Translations under genes and position numbers: made by a program
DNA from: Escherichia phage T5
Sequence record: AY587007.1
Direction: 5' to 3' (one strand)
DNA: 64,000 bases
Notes under the pieces: model-generated
Told to the model about the DNA's origin: nothing
What the model saw: only the letters and a program-made list of their open reading frames with translations
The model's database searches: none
Part shown: positions 45,378 through 53,879 of the stretch, piece after piece
How the letters are laid out: each line of letters opens with the position of its first letter
How positions within the stretch are numbered: the stretch's first letter is position 1

Positions 45378-45893
45378 TTACTTCGCTTTACGCTTGCGAG
45401 CTGGTTTAGCAGATTTACGAGCAGAATCGCCCGTGAATTTAATCCCTACACCGTAGCACAGAGCACGAACGTTATCTTTGCTATACTCTACACCGAAGAT
45501 ATTTGGCTTAACAGAACCAAACTGTCCACGAGCATCACGCAGTACATCTGCCGTTGGTTTACGCTTCTGGTTAACTGCTTTCTCATAATCTTTCATGGCC
45601 ATGCCATTACGAGAGAACAATTCAGCTCCAGCATTGAAACTCAGTGTTACTGGAACAGATTTGTGACCATAACCCTGTACATAGGTCACAAGGCGGGCTA
45701 CAGAACGAGTAGCATTCTTAGCCTTCGGCTTTTGACGAATCGGAGCCGGACGATTCAGTGCCTGTGCAGCTTGAGCATCAGTAGGATGCTTGCGCAGGTG
45801 GCGTTCCAGACGAGCTTTGCGGTTAGCCTCAGTCTGCGGGAAAGTTTTAACTGTAGTAGCTGCTTGAGTTTTTGCGTTTTTCTGCTTAGCCAT
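45378..45893 (-). CDS. basic protein, possibly DNA-binding
   Basis: 171-aa Lys/Arg/Ala-rich ORF. Confidence 0.5.
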   Translation of the reverse strand: MAKQKNAKTQAATTVKTFPQTEANRKARLERHLRKHPTDAQAAQALNRPAPIRQKPKAKNATRSVARLVTYVQGYGHKSVPVTLSFNAGAELFSRNGMAMKDYEKAVNQKRKPTADVLRDARGQFGSVKPNIFGVEYSKDNVRALCYGVGIKFTGDSARKSAKPARKRKAK

Positions 45894-45931
45894 TATTTGT
45901 TTTCCTTTTTGTTTATCAATTTATGAAGTAT

Positions 45932-45960
45932 ATTATACGAGAATTTGAAGCGTTTAGCAA
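45932..45960 (-). promoter_or_regulatory. T5-type early promoter, -35 TTGCTA, 17 bp, -10 TATAAT
   Basis: hexamers on minus strand. Confidence 0.6.
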
Positions 45961-45976
45961 ATGAATTTTTTAAAAA

Positions 45977-46255
45977 TTATCTGCCGACCATCTTAGCTTG
46001 TTCTTCATCAGAAACGTATTGATATGCACCCTTGTTATACGCCGGAGCAGTGCACATCTTCTTACGCTCAATTTCTTCTTGAGCTTTACGTTCACGTTCT
46101 GCCAATTCCTCATCCAGATAAACTAAACGTTGTTCTGGAGGAGGTGGAAGACGTGTTTCTGGCTCACCAATATTAGCCTTTCTTATTTGACGAGGTGATT
46201 GTGCACGTTTTCTCAACGGTTTAAATCCTAATGAATTTGAGTTATAAATTCGCAT
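45977..46255 (-). CDS. hypothetical protein
   Basis: 92-aa ORF. Confidence 0.45.
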   Translation of the reverse strand: MRIYNSNSLGFKPLRKRAQSPRQIRKANIGEPETRLPPPPEQRLVYLDEELAERERKAQEEIERKKMCTAPAYNKGAYQYVSDEEQAKMVGR

Positions 46256-46282
46256 AAAGCCCTCCTCACTTTCAATACGAAT

Positions 46283-46311
46283 ATTATACTAAATTAGAGG
46301 GCTTTAAGCAA
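46283..46311 (-). promoter_or_regulatory. T5-type early promoter, -35 TTGCTT, 17 bp, -10 TATAAT
   Basis: hexamers on minus strand. Confidence 0.55.
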
Positions 46312-46331
46312 GAAGATTTTTAATTTATTTA

Positions 46332-46820
46332 TCACATCTCGGCCATTTCAGCTTCAGTAATAACTGTGTTACACAATGCATCTACAGCTTCATTACCACT
46401 AATACCAGAATGTCCTTTAACCTTAATAAAGGTAGGATTAGTATTGTGGAAGTTAATGTATTGCTGGGTTAATTTAAATGCTTCTTGCCCAAGTTCTAGA
46501 TTAAGAGGAACTTCACCATCTGCTTTCTTCCAGCCTTTCCTTTGCCAAGAGAACATCCAGCTTTCCATACCATTTTTGCAATAAGCAGAATCAGTATAGA
46601 TAACAATTGGTCTATTATCTTTTTTAACTGACCAACGTAGAGCTTCTACAATAGCTGTGAGTTCCATCTCATTATTTGTAGTTTTAGGACTATAACCAGA
46701 TTTAGAGCCTAAACGATCGTCGTTATCATCATAGACAATAAAACCCCAAGCACCCGGGCCAGGGTTGGACTTACAAGCGCCATCTGTATAAACATGGAAA
46801 ACTGACATTATTTGCTCCAA
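46332..46820 (-). CDS. rnh: ribonuclease H
   Basis: 162 aa with VYTDGACKSNPGPGAWGF and YTDSAYC motifs; true start may be the ATG 4 codons in. Confidence 0.65.
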   Translation of the reverse strand: MEQIMSVFHVYTDGACKSNPGPGAWGFIVYDDNDDRLGSKSGYSPKTTNNEMELTAIVEALRWSVKKDNRPIVIYTDSAYCKNGMESWMFSWQRKGWKKADGEVPLNLELGQEAFKLTQQYINFHNTNPTFIKVKGHSGISGNEAVDALCNTVITEAEMAEM

Positions 46821-46869
46821 TTAATAGTTACCCAATAGCCTTCACGCTAATTATGATCAAGTAAAATAT

Positions 46870-46899
46870 ATTATATTTGAAATTATACCTAATAAGCAA
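46870..46899 (-). promoter_or_regulatory. T5-type early promoter, -35 TTGCTT, 18 bp, -10 TATAAT
   Basis: hexamers on minus strand upstream of RNase H. Confidence 0.5.
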
Positions 46900-46941
46900 G
46901 TACAATTTCAAATATAATAGCCCCCGAAAGGGCTATTTGAG

Positions 46942-47781
46942 TTAAGAAGACATCTTAGCTTTAAGAGCTGGGTGAGGATCGTACCCCTCTAAATGGAATG
47001 ACCAAGCTGCCGTATTATTTTCTAGTAAGTCGTAAAGATCTACAAATTCTGGCATTACTAGAGTCGGTAGAGGGCGTGGCTTGCGTTTTACCTGTTCTTC
47101 TACCTGTTCCATGTGGTCATTATAGATATGAGTATCACCGCCACTAAAGATAAGATAACGAGGTTTTAATCCTGTCAGTTTTGCTAATATATGCGTTAGC
47201 AAAGCATAGCTAGCAATATTGAAAGGTAAACCGAGGAAACAATCCACAGAGCGTTGTGTCCATTTAAGATCTAGGTATCCATCGTTACTTACATAGCACT
47301 GGAAGCCGTAGTGGCAAGGGGGTAATGCCATTTTATCAAGTTCAGCTACGTTCCATGCAGAAACTAGATGTCTGCGGCCATGAGGATTATTCTTGAGTCC
47401 TTCAATAAGTTCTAGAATCTGATCTCGCCCACCAAAGTTACGCCACTGTTTACCATATACTGGTCCTAGATTACCCTTATCATACCCCATACTTATAGCT
47501 TGGTCTTCATAATTTGGAGTCCAGATGGTCCACTGTCCTTCGTCACGACCAAATGTGAATACACGTAGATCATGAAGATTTGTGGAACCAGACAAGAACC
47601 ATAAAAGTTCTCCTACTACTGATTTCCAGGCTAGGCGTTTAGTAGTTACAGCCGGGAACCCTTCACGTAGGTCAAACTTAGCATAGGAATCAAAAATTGA
47701 AACTGTGCCCGTTCCTGTACGGTCATTACGGGGTTCACCTAGTAAAATTACATCTGTCAAAATTTTTAAGTATTGTTGCAT
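46942..47781 (-). CDS. thyA: thymidylate synthase
   Basis: 279 aa with conserved ThyA segments (RTGTGT, LPPCH). Confidence 0.7.
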   Translation of the reverse strand: MQQYLKILTDVILLGEPRNDRTGTGTVSIFDSYAKFDLREGFPAVTTKRLAWKSVVGELLWFLSGSTNLHDLRVFTFGRDEGQWTIWTPNYEDQAISMGYDKGNLGPVYGKQWRNFGGRDQILELIEGLKNNPHGRRHLVSAWNVAELDKMALPPCHYGFQCYVSNDGYLDLKWTQRSVDCFLGLPFNIASYALLTHILAKLTGLKPRYLIFSGGDTHIYNDHMEQVEEQVKRKPRPLPTLVMPEFVDLYDLLENNTAAWSFHLEGYDPHPALKAKMSS

Positions 47782-48314
47782 TAATAAGTAACCAATTCCT
47801 GTACAAATCGCAGGCTGTTATCACTGTTTGCGCCAACTGCATAGACTAATCGAGTGGATTCATAGTTATAATCCAGTATCATACTATCTAGGTGTGTATC
47901 TGCCTCTAGTTTCTGCTCGCTAAAGATTGTAGATACAAAAGCACTTTCAATATGCCCATGTTGGTACATTTCTAGAAGAAGATTAGCTCCACCTAGAACT
48001 ACTGTTTGCTGATCTTTTAGAAAAGTAGGTAATGTATCACCTATCATTGATATGGGAGTGTAAATATCGTGTGTAATATCATCTGGCAGTGGACGATCAG
48101 CACGAATAAATAGGTCAGAAGCCCCAATCATACGTTCCCTAACGGCATATGGAAGAGCTAAATAAGTACCTGCCCCAATAATAATATTATCAGGATTTAG
48201 TACATCTAATTGTGAATAAAAAGCATCTAGTTCTTCTTTAAAAGAACCCCAGGGAAGCTTACCTCGGAGGCCGAACTCCCCATTCGGCCCAACTGCATAC
48301 ATTGCTGTAATCAT
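47781..48314 (-). CDS. frd: dihydrofolate reductase
   Basis: 177 aa; N-terminal MITAMYAVGPNGEFGLRGKLPW is DHFR-like; stop/start overlap with thyA. Confidence 0.65.
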   Translation of the reverse strand: MITAMYAVGPNGEFGLRGKLPWGSFKEELDAFYSQLDVLNPDNIIIGAGTYLALPYAVRERMIGASDLFIRADRPLPDDITHDIYTPISMIGDTLPTFLKDQQTVVLGGANLLLEMYQHGHIESAFVSTIFSEQKLEADTHLDSMILDYNYESTRLVYAVGANSDNSLRFVQELVTY

Positions 48315-49456
48315 AGGAAATCTCCAAATTCATTGCCCAGATCTTTCAGAGTATCAGTAGAGGTCTCAGTTACCTGACCTACACGGTAGGCTGCACCAAT
48401 CTGGATTTCTTGTGGAGCAGGCTGTAGAGAAGTAGTATCCAACCAGTTCATGATCCACGGAATAGGGTTTTTAGTGATTACTGGTAAGTGACTAGGCCAT
48501 TCTACACCAATGTGCATAAATGCATTACGCCCCACAAAGTACAAGTATTCTTCTAGAAGTTCTGCATTCAAACCAATCAGACTACGACCTTTGAAGATGA
48601 AATGACCCCATTCAATTTCAGTTTTCAGAGTTTTCAGGAGCTGTGCTGGTGCTTTAGCCACTGCTTCGTCTACCAGATCTTTGTCAAACTGCTGGAACAT
48701 AATCTGGATGATTGCTTTAGACATCTGGGTGTGCAGAGCCTCATCTTTAGCAATTAATTGCAGATTTTTAGCAATACCTTGCAGAATATCGTTCTCTGCT
48801 AGAGCAAAAGTACATGCAAAGGATGCGTAGAACTGCATTGCTTCCAGACCGTAGATTGCAAAATAAGCGTCTAATAACTTAGCCTGAGTTTCACGTTTAA
48901 CTTCAGGGAACTCAGTTTCTGGATATGTATTGTCACCACGATGATCACGTACTGCGATGAAATACTGACCTAATTGGTACAGTTCATCGAACAGTTCAAC
49001 AGAATCTGCGATACGTGCAAATGCTTCTTGGTTTTTAGTTACAGAATCAATAAATTCTGCTGGATCAGTCAGCACATTACGAATAATATTACTATAAGCA
49101 CGACTATGCAGGTCTTCAAAATAGCTCCACTGCTTGAGCATACCTTCCAATTCTGGACGGCTTACAAGCGGCATAATAGCTGCTTCAGGCGCGCGACTAA
49201 TGAAAGAATCTGTTTGAGTCTGCCATGCTAAGTTCAGGAGTGTGATTTCCTGGATTTCACGTGGGAGATTGGGCCATTGTTTCTTATCTGCTTCCAGACT
49301 GATTTCAGTTTCAGTCCAAAATTGAGAGCGAGCTAATAACGCCAGCCTTTCTAGCTCTGGATGGGCTACTCGTACATAATCTGCAATACCAAGAGAATCA
49401 CCGAGAAATAGATCTTTATTGGTATGATCCCAGTTTAAGTTAAGTAAAGTTGTCAT
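48311..49456 (-). CDS. nrdB: ribonucleotide reductase small subunit (class Ia)
   Basis: 381 aa ferritin-like protein adjacent to nrdA. Confidence 0.7.
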   Translation of the reverse strand: MTTLLNLNWDHTNKDLFLGDSLGIADYVRVAHPELERLALLARSQFWTETEISLEADKKQWPNLPREIQEITLLNLAWQTQTDSFISRAPEAAIMPLVSRPELEGMLKQWSYFEDLHSRAYSNIIRNVLTDPAEFIDSVTKNQEAFARIADSVELFDELYQLGQYFIAVRDHRGDNTYPETEFPEVKRETQAKLLDAYFAIYGLEAMQFYASFACTFALAENDILQGIAKNLQLIAKDEALHTQMSKAIIQIMFQQFDKDLVDEAVAKAPAQLLKTLKTEIEWGHFIFKGRSLIGLNAELLEEYLYFVGRNAFMHIGVEWPSHLPVITKNPIPWIMNWLDTTSLQPAPQEIQIGAAYRVGQVTETSTDTLKDLGNEFGDFL

Positions 49457-49980
49457 TAGTTCTCCTGTTTATCTGTGTTTCTAAGTAGTGTTGGGTCTTT
49501 GGTTATAGAGAGAATTAAAGAATCTCGATACTCTATCGCCTCTTCTAGAGTTGGGAGAGTTTTCACATATTCTTTTCCGTTAATGGATTTTCTAACTTGA
49601 AATCCAGACCCTTTCTTCCGAATATTCTTAGTACCCAATATATTGTTTTTACTGGTTTTTCTATTTTGACTATTTAACTGCCAGTCCGCTTCTCTTAGAT
49701 TAGTCCACTTATAGTTTAGTGAATCTCCATCTATATGGTCAACCATAACTTTAGGTAAGTTTCCTGTCATGTACAGGAAAGCAATATTTTGTGCGGGATA
49801 CTTCTTACCCTTGATTTGTATTACTAAGTCTTTTCGGTTAGGATCTACTGAGTGGGGTTTTAAACAGCCAGCAGGTAGTCCTCTTACTTTATTGTGTACT
49901 TCCTGGTTATTTAACCAAGTAAATGTTCCTTCATCTGGATTATACTCCAGAATCCTTTTTAATTCATCTTGTGTTATCAA
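49456..49980 (-). CDS. HNH homing endonuclease between nrdA and nrdB
   Basis: 174 aa; AQNIAFLYMTG ... VDHIDGDSLNYKWTNL motif. Confidence 0.6.
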   Translation of the reverse strand: MITQDELKRILEYNPDEGTFTWLNNQEVHNKVRGLPAGCLKPHSVDPNRKDLVIQIKGKKYPAQNIAFLYMTGNLPKVMVDHIDGDSLNYKWTNLREADWQLNSQNRKTSKNNILGTKNIRKKGSGFQVRKSINGKEYVKTLPTLEEAIEYRDSLILSITKDPTLLRNTDKQEN

Positions 49981-50006
49981 AACTAATCTCCTTAACTAAT
50001 GGAGAT

Positions 50007-50035
50007 ATTATAGCAAATCAGGTAGCGATTAGCAA
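50007..50035 (-). promoter_or_regulatory. T5-type early promoter, -35 TTGCTA, 17 bp, -10 TATAAT
   Basis: hexamers on minus strand upstream of the HNH gene. Confidence 0.55.
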
Positions 50036-50043
50036 GTAAAATT

Positions 50044-50078
50044 TCAAAGAAAAAGGAGACCCGAAGATCTCCTTGTTT
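50044..50078 (-). terminator. rho-independent terminator after nrdA
   Basis: hairpin AAGGAGA/TCTCCTT followed by U-rich tract on the minus-strand RNA. Confidence 0.5.
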
Positions 50079-50082
50079 TTTA

Positions 50083-52413
50083 TTATAACTGGCAACCACC
50101 AGAAGCACAACCCGCTGCTTCTTCACCAGCTCCTCCACCATTCGCAGTGTTGAAGTTTGCGTAGTACCAAGTCTTCCAACCATATTTAACAGCAGTCATG
50201 AAATCACGAACTACTACCGGGCCAGGAATGATTTCATTCTCAAACTTGGTGTAGTCATAGTACATATTAGTACTGATAGACTGGCTGAAGAATTTCTGCA
50301 TAGTTGCTACCCATTTGATCCATTCAATACGATCTACATCATAAGCCAGTTTATAGCTCATTAACGTTTCCCAGTCGGTTGCACCTGGAGCAATTGCAAT
50401 TACTTTATTCACTGCACTACCCTTGATAGATACAATCTTACGGGGTGGTTCAATAGAGTTAGTAACCCCTAACAGAACGGAAGAACTTTCTCCCGGCATC
50501 TGCGCAGTCAGAACAGAATTACGCATACCGTACTTCAGAATGTCTGCACGCAGAGATTCCCAATCCATTTCTAGACCTACGGATACCAACTCATCAACAG
50601 TTTTCTTATACGTGTCGATTACCAGGATTCCTTTGGATGGTTTAGTACGATTAAACCATTCACATGCACCTTGCTCTTTGGCTAGACGTACAGAGGCTTT
50701 ATGCAGGAAGTAGGACAATTTTTCAGCTTCACGATGAATCCAGTTACGAGCCTCAATACCTTCATAAGCCAGACCTTCTGCTGCCATTGCACCTGCTGCG
50801 TTCATAAGGCCAATACCAACGTTACGACGTTTCTTAGCTGTATATTCCATGGTCGGGAACGGATAGTCCTGAATTTCAATAATTGTATCAACGAATTTCA
50901 GGAGGATGTAGCAAGTTTTTTCCCACTCAGCCAGAGATTCCATGCGTCCAAGTACAACACCACCTAAGTTACACAGAGATACTTCACCAATATCCTCCGG
51001 CTTCATTTGATCAAGTTGTTCTTTTGTTTTATACAGTTCCGTGATATGATGGAACGGGCGTGTAGGTTGAGTAATTTCAACACAAAGGTTTGTCATACGG
51101 ATCGGATCAAGGAAGTTACCGTGACGATTAGATTCCCCGATGTGGTGAGCATACATACGTCCTGTTTCCATTCGGATACGTAGCCAAGTATCTAGGATTT
51201 CTTTTGCAGAGACTTTAGGAGCTGCTGGAACTGTTTTTCCTTCGTGGTCGATCTTTGTAAGAGATGCCACACGTTTCTCCGCTGCCACATAGATTTCTTC
51301 AAATTTAGCCTCGTCATCACTATAAAACGCTTCATGAACTTCTGGAGCATAGAAGTATGACATTAGCGTAATATCTTCATTTTTCAGATAACGTTTTAAC
51401 AAAAGATTGTTGAAGCTCAGGGAATAATCCATCTTATCGATTTTATTCTCATCTGTAGCACGTTGTTGCTTAACCTGCATCAATTGAATGATTTCAGGGT
51501 CAAAGTATGGATAAGATACTGTAGCAGAACCACCACGAGTTTGCTGAGTATTAGCCTTTACTGATCGGTCAATGTGTCGATAATATGGCAGTTTTCCGGA
51601 ATGCGGGAATGCCCCATTTCGCACCGGATCAGCAATTGATCGGCTTTCAAGATGATACCCGATTCCCGCTCTGGCTGCGACCATTTTGAAAACGATGTGC
51701 TCGGCTGTGTCGATTGAATCCAATGTGTCAGTGGAATCCACGAGGCAGCAACTAGCAAATCCACGGTCACTAGAGCGCAAGCCAACCAATGGCGGCGTAG
51801 GAACGTTGATTTTGTGGAGCGACATTGCATTGTAGAGATCGATTGCATCTAGAATTGTCCAGTTGGGTTGAGATAACATCGCCATTGCCATACCCATATA
51901 GGCAAATTGCGGAGTTTCGTAAATTTCGCCAGTTGCGATATTACGACGGGAATACTTATCAAAGAATTGTTTCAATCCTCCGCTAGTGAAAAGACGGTCA
52001 CGATCATGGTCAATAACCTGATTCAAAGCCTCAAACTGCTCATCGGTAATCCATGCACTCATGTCTTCCCATGCACCTACACTAACCATATGATCGTGGA
52101 AGAAGCGTAGAGAAGGTGGTTCGAAGGAATCATAAAGACGTTTACGCATCTGCGCAAGACGTAATTCCTTTGCTGGCACGTCGTATGCTGGATTATCTTT
52201 AATAAGACTTTCAGCAGCCTTAATTAAAGCATCCATCAGAGTATCGGAATCTACAACCCCTTTAGGCAGAGTTTTTTGAGCAGCCATAGTAATGGCAGAC
52301 CAACTTACATCAACTGTTTTACAACCATACTCTGCCCAACCATTGAGTTTTTCAGGAGCAAAGTCTTCTACAGTACCGTCACGTTTAATTACTTTTTCAA
52401 TGCGATGGCTCAT
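50083..52413 (-). CDS. nrdA: ribonucleotide reductase large subunit (class Ia)
   Basis: start trimmed to ATG 52413 (RBS AGGAAA) so the protein begins with an ATP-cone-like segment; 776 aa. Confidence 0.75.
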   Translation of the reverse strand: MSHRIEKVIKRDGTVEDFAPEKLNGWAEYGCKTVDVSWSAITMAAQKTLPKGVVDSDTLMDALIKAAESLIKDNPAYDVPAKELRLAQMRKRLYDSFEPPSLRFFHDHMVSVGAWEDMSAWITDEQFEALNQVIDHDRDRLFTSGGLKQFFDKYSRRNIATGEIYETPQFAYMGMAMAMLSQPNWTILDAIDLYNAMSLHKINVPTPPLVGLRSSDRGFASCCLVDSTDTLDSIDTAEHIVFKMVAARAGIGYHLESRSIADPVRNGAFPHSGKLPYYRHIDRSVKANTQQTRGGSATVSYPYFDPEIIQLMQVKQQRATDENKIDKMDYSLSFNNLLLKRYLKNEDITLMSYFYAPEVHEAFYSDDEAKFEEIYVAAEKRVASLTKIDHEGKTVPAAPKVSAKEILDTWLRIRMETGRMYAHHIGESNRHGNFLDPIRMTNLCVEITQPTRPFHHITELYKTKEQLDQMKPEDIGEVSLCNLGGVVLGRMESLAEWEKTCYILLKFVDTIIEIQDYPFPTMEYTAKKRRNVGIGLMNAAGAMAAEGLAYEGIEARNWIHREAEKLSYFLHKASVRLAKEQGACEWFNRTKPSKGILVIDTYKKTVDELVSVGLEMDWESLRADILKYGMRNSVLTAQMPGESSSVLLGVTNSIEPPRKIVSIKGSAVNKVIAIAPGATDWETLMSYKLAYDVDRIEWIKWVATMQKFFSQSISTNMYYDYTKFENEIIPGPVVVRDFMTAVKYGWKTWYYANFNTANGGGAGEEAAGCASGGCQL

Positions 52414-52451
52414 TTGGTTTTCCTTTTTATAGTTATCAAGATTTAGGAAAT

Positions 52452-52480
52452 AGTTTACTTTATTCTCAGTCATTTGGCAA
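52452..52480 (-). promoter_or_regulatory. promoter, -35 TTGCCA, 17 bp, -10 TAAACT
   Basis: hexamers on minus strand upstream of nrdA. Confidence 0.4.
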
Positions 52481-52557
52481 ATAAAATTTTCTGATAGAAA
52501 AGGCCCGAGTATTTTCATACCCAGGCCTTCTGTGTTGTCAGTCTAGTTTTTGGCCAC

Positions 52558-52755
52558 TTAAGTTCTCAGCAGAATATCTATTGAGGTACTTAGTTCATTA
52601 TAATTGAAGGGCCGATTTGGATTTGAGGTTACAATTTTCCACGCTAGGGTAGTCTTAGGACTTTCTTCCCCTTCCTTACGTGTAATCATATTAGCAGCAC
52701 TCAATGAGGTACGGTGAATTTTAGTTTTTCGGTGTAGATGTACAACGTTTCCCAT
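52558..52755 (-). CDS. small basic protein
   Basis: 65 aa from ATG 52755, 1 nt after the phoH stop. Confidence 0.3.
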   Translation of the reverse strand: MGNVVHLHRKTKIHRTSLSAANMITRKEGEESPKTTLAWKIVTSNPNRPFNYNELSTSIDILLRT

Positions 52756-52756
52756 A

Positions 52757-53518
52757 TTACACCTTCCCCATGTCTTTAAAAATATCGTAGAATGCTTTAG
52801 ACTCAGCAGAACGAACGTTATCAATTAATTCGATCATTGAGAATGGAGCATTTTCATATTTCTCATAAACTTCCATAAGAAGTGCTAGACCTGAGTCACC
52901 TTTAATGTCTTTCTGAGCTATATCTCCGCAGATAATTAAACGGCAGTCTTGTCCTACACGAGTTAGTAGACAAACCATTGCCTCAACGGAAATATTCTGA
53001 GCTTCATCGACAATTACATAGGAGTTGTTGAAAGTTCTGCCACGAGCATGTTCTATAGCCAAAAATTTAATTTTCTGACGTTCGACATATCCCTTATAGG
53101 CATGATCACCGATGGCCCATTTCATACCATCAGCTATTGGCTCCAACCAAGGCTCTAGCTTTTCTGCTAGATCACCAGGAAGCATACCAAGAGACTTACC
53201 TAGAGGTTCATTAGGACGTACGAGAATCACTTGCTCAATATCTGAGTGAATGTCTACGAGTTCCTGAGCTGCAAGAACAGACGGGATAAAGGTTTTACCA
53301 GTACCCGGCTCACCAATACCCACAGTCACTGTATTGTTCTTGATCATATTGATATATGATTTTTGCTCTCGGTTTTTACCTACTAGGGATTTAGCAACTG
53401 GATTAGCGTAATCATTAGAAAAATCAGCCTGAATTACGTTATTCTCATATTTGTTGCCACGCTTTCTTGAACCATTACGGTTCTCTCTTTTTTGACGTGC
53501 TTTTCCCATAAATAACAC
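52757..53518 (-). CDS. phoH: PhoH-like ATPase
   Basis: 253 aa with Walker A GEPGTGKT and PhoH-like downstream segments. Confidence 0.65.
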   Translation of the reverse strand: MLFMGKARQKRENRNGSRKRGNKYENNVIQADFSNDYANPVAKSLVGKNREQKSYINMIKNNTVTVGIGEPGTGKTFIPSVLAAQELVDIHSDIEQVILVRPNEPLGKSLGMLPGDLAEKLEPWLEPIADGMKWAIGDHAYKGYVERQKIKFLAIEHARGRTFNNSYVIVDEAQNISVEAMVCLLTRVGQDCRLIICGDIAQKDIKGDSGLALLMEVYEKYENAPFSMIELIDNVRSAESKAFYDIFKDMGKV

Positions 53519-53582
53519 TCCTATAGTGTACTTCGCTAACAGAGGATCAACAAAAAGATCTTGTTTATCAACTTACAAATAT

Positions 53583-53611
53583 ATTATACCAATATATACA
53601 GTAAAAAGCAA
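53583..53611 (-). promoter_or_regulatory. T5-type early promoter, -35 TTGCTT, 17 bp, -10 TATAAT
   Basis: hexamers on minus strand upstream of phoH. Confidence 0.6.
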
Positions 53612-53723
53612 CTACAATTTTAAATAAGCCTATGATATGGCATTTAAATAAAAAATTTGCTTGCTTTTAATGGGAAATGTGTGGTATTAGATAATCATTT
53701 TATACCGCGTACATAGGCGCAGG

Positions 53724-53752
53724 ATTATACTATTTTAAGTACAAAATAGCAA
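53724..53752 (-). promoter_or_regulatory. second T5-type promoter, -35 TTGCTA, 17 bp, -10 TATAAT
   Basis: hexamers on minus strand, ~140 bp upstream of the previous one. Confidence 0.5.
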
Positions 53753-53821
53753 ATAAATTTTTTAACAATTTGCTAACCTTTTAGCACAGATCAAAATACA
53801 ACATCTAAGAGAAAAATTATA

Positions 53822-53850
53822 TTGACATCTGCCCTTGAATAAGCTATAAT
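53822..53850 (+). promoter_or_regulatory. consensus sigma70 promoter, -35 TTGACA, 17 bp, -10 TATAAT
   Basis: both hexamers perfect; RBS GAAGGAGGG and nrdD ATG follow. Confidence 0.7.
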
Positions 53851-53879
53851 AGTAGTCTTAGTTAGAGAAGGAGGGTATA

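Noticed and set aside
50423-52110. Several 60-100-aa plus-strand ORFs inside nrdA
   Set aside because: They are fully contained in the antisense strand of a well-supported 776-aa gene and have no ribosome-binding sites.
52414-52518. Longer nrdA start at 52518
   Set aside because: The extra 35 N-terminal codons precede the ATP-cone-like start and lack a ribosome-binding site, whereas the ATG at 52413 has AGGAAA upstream.
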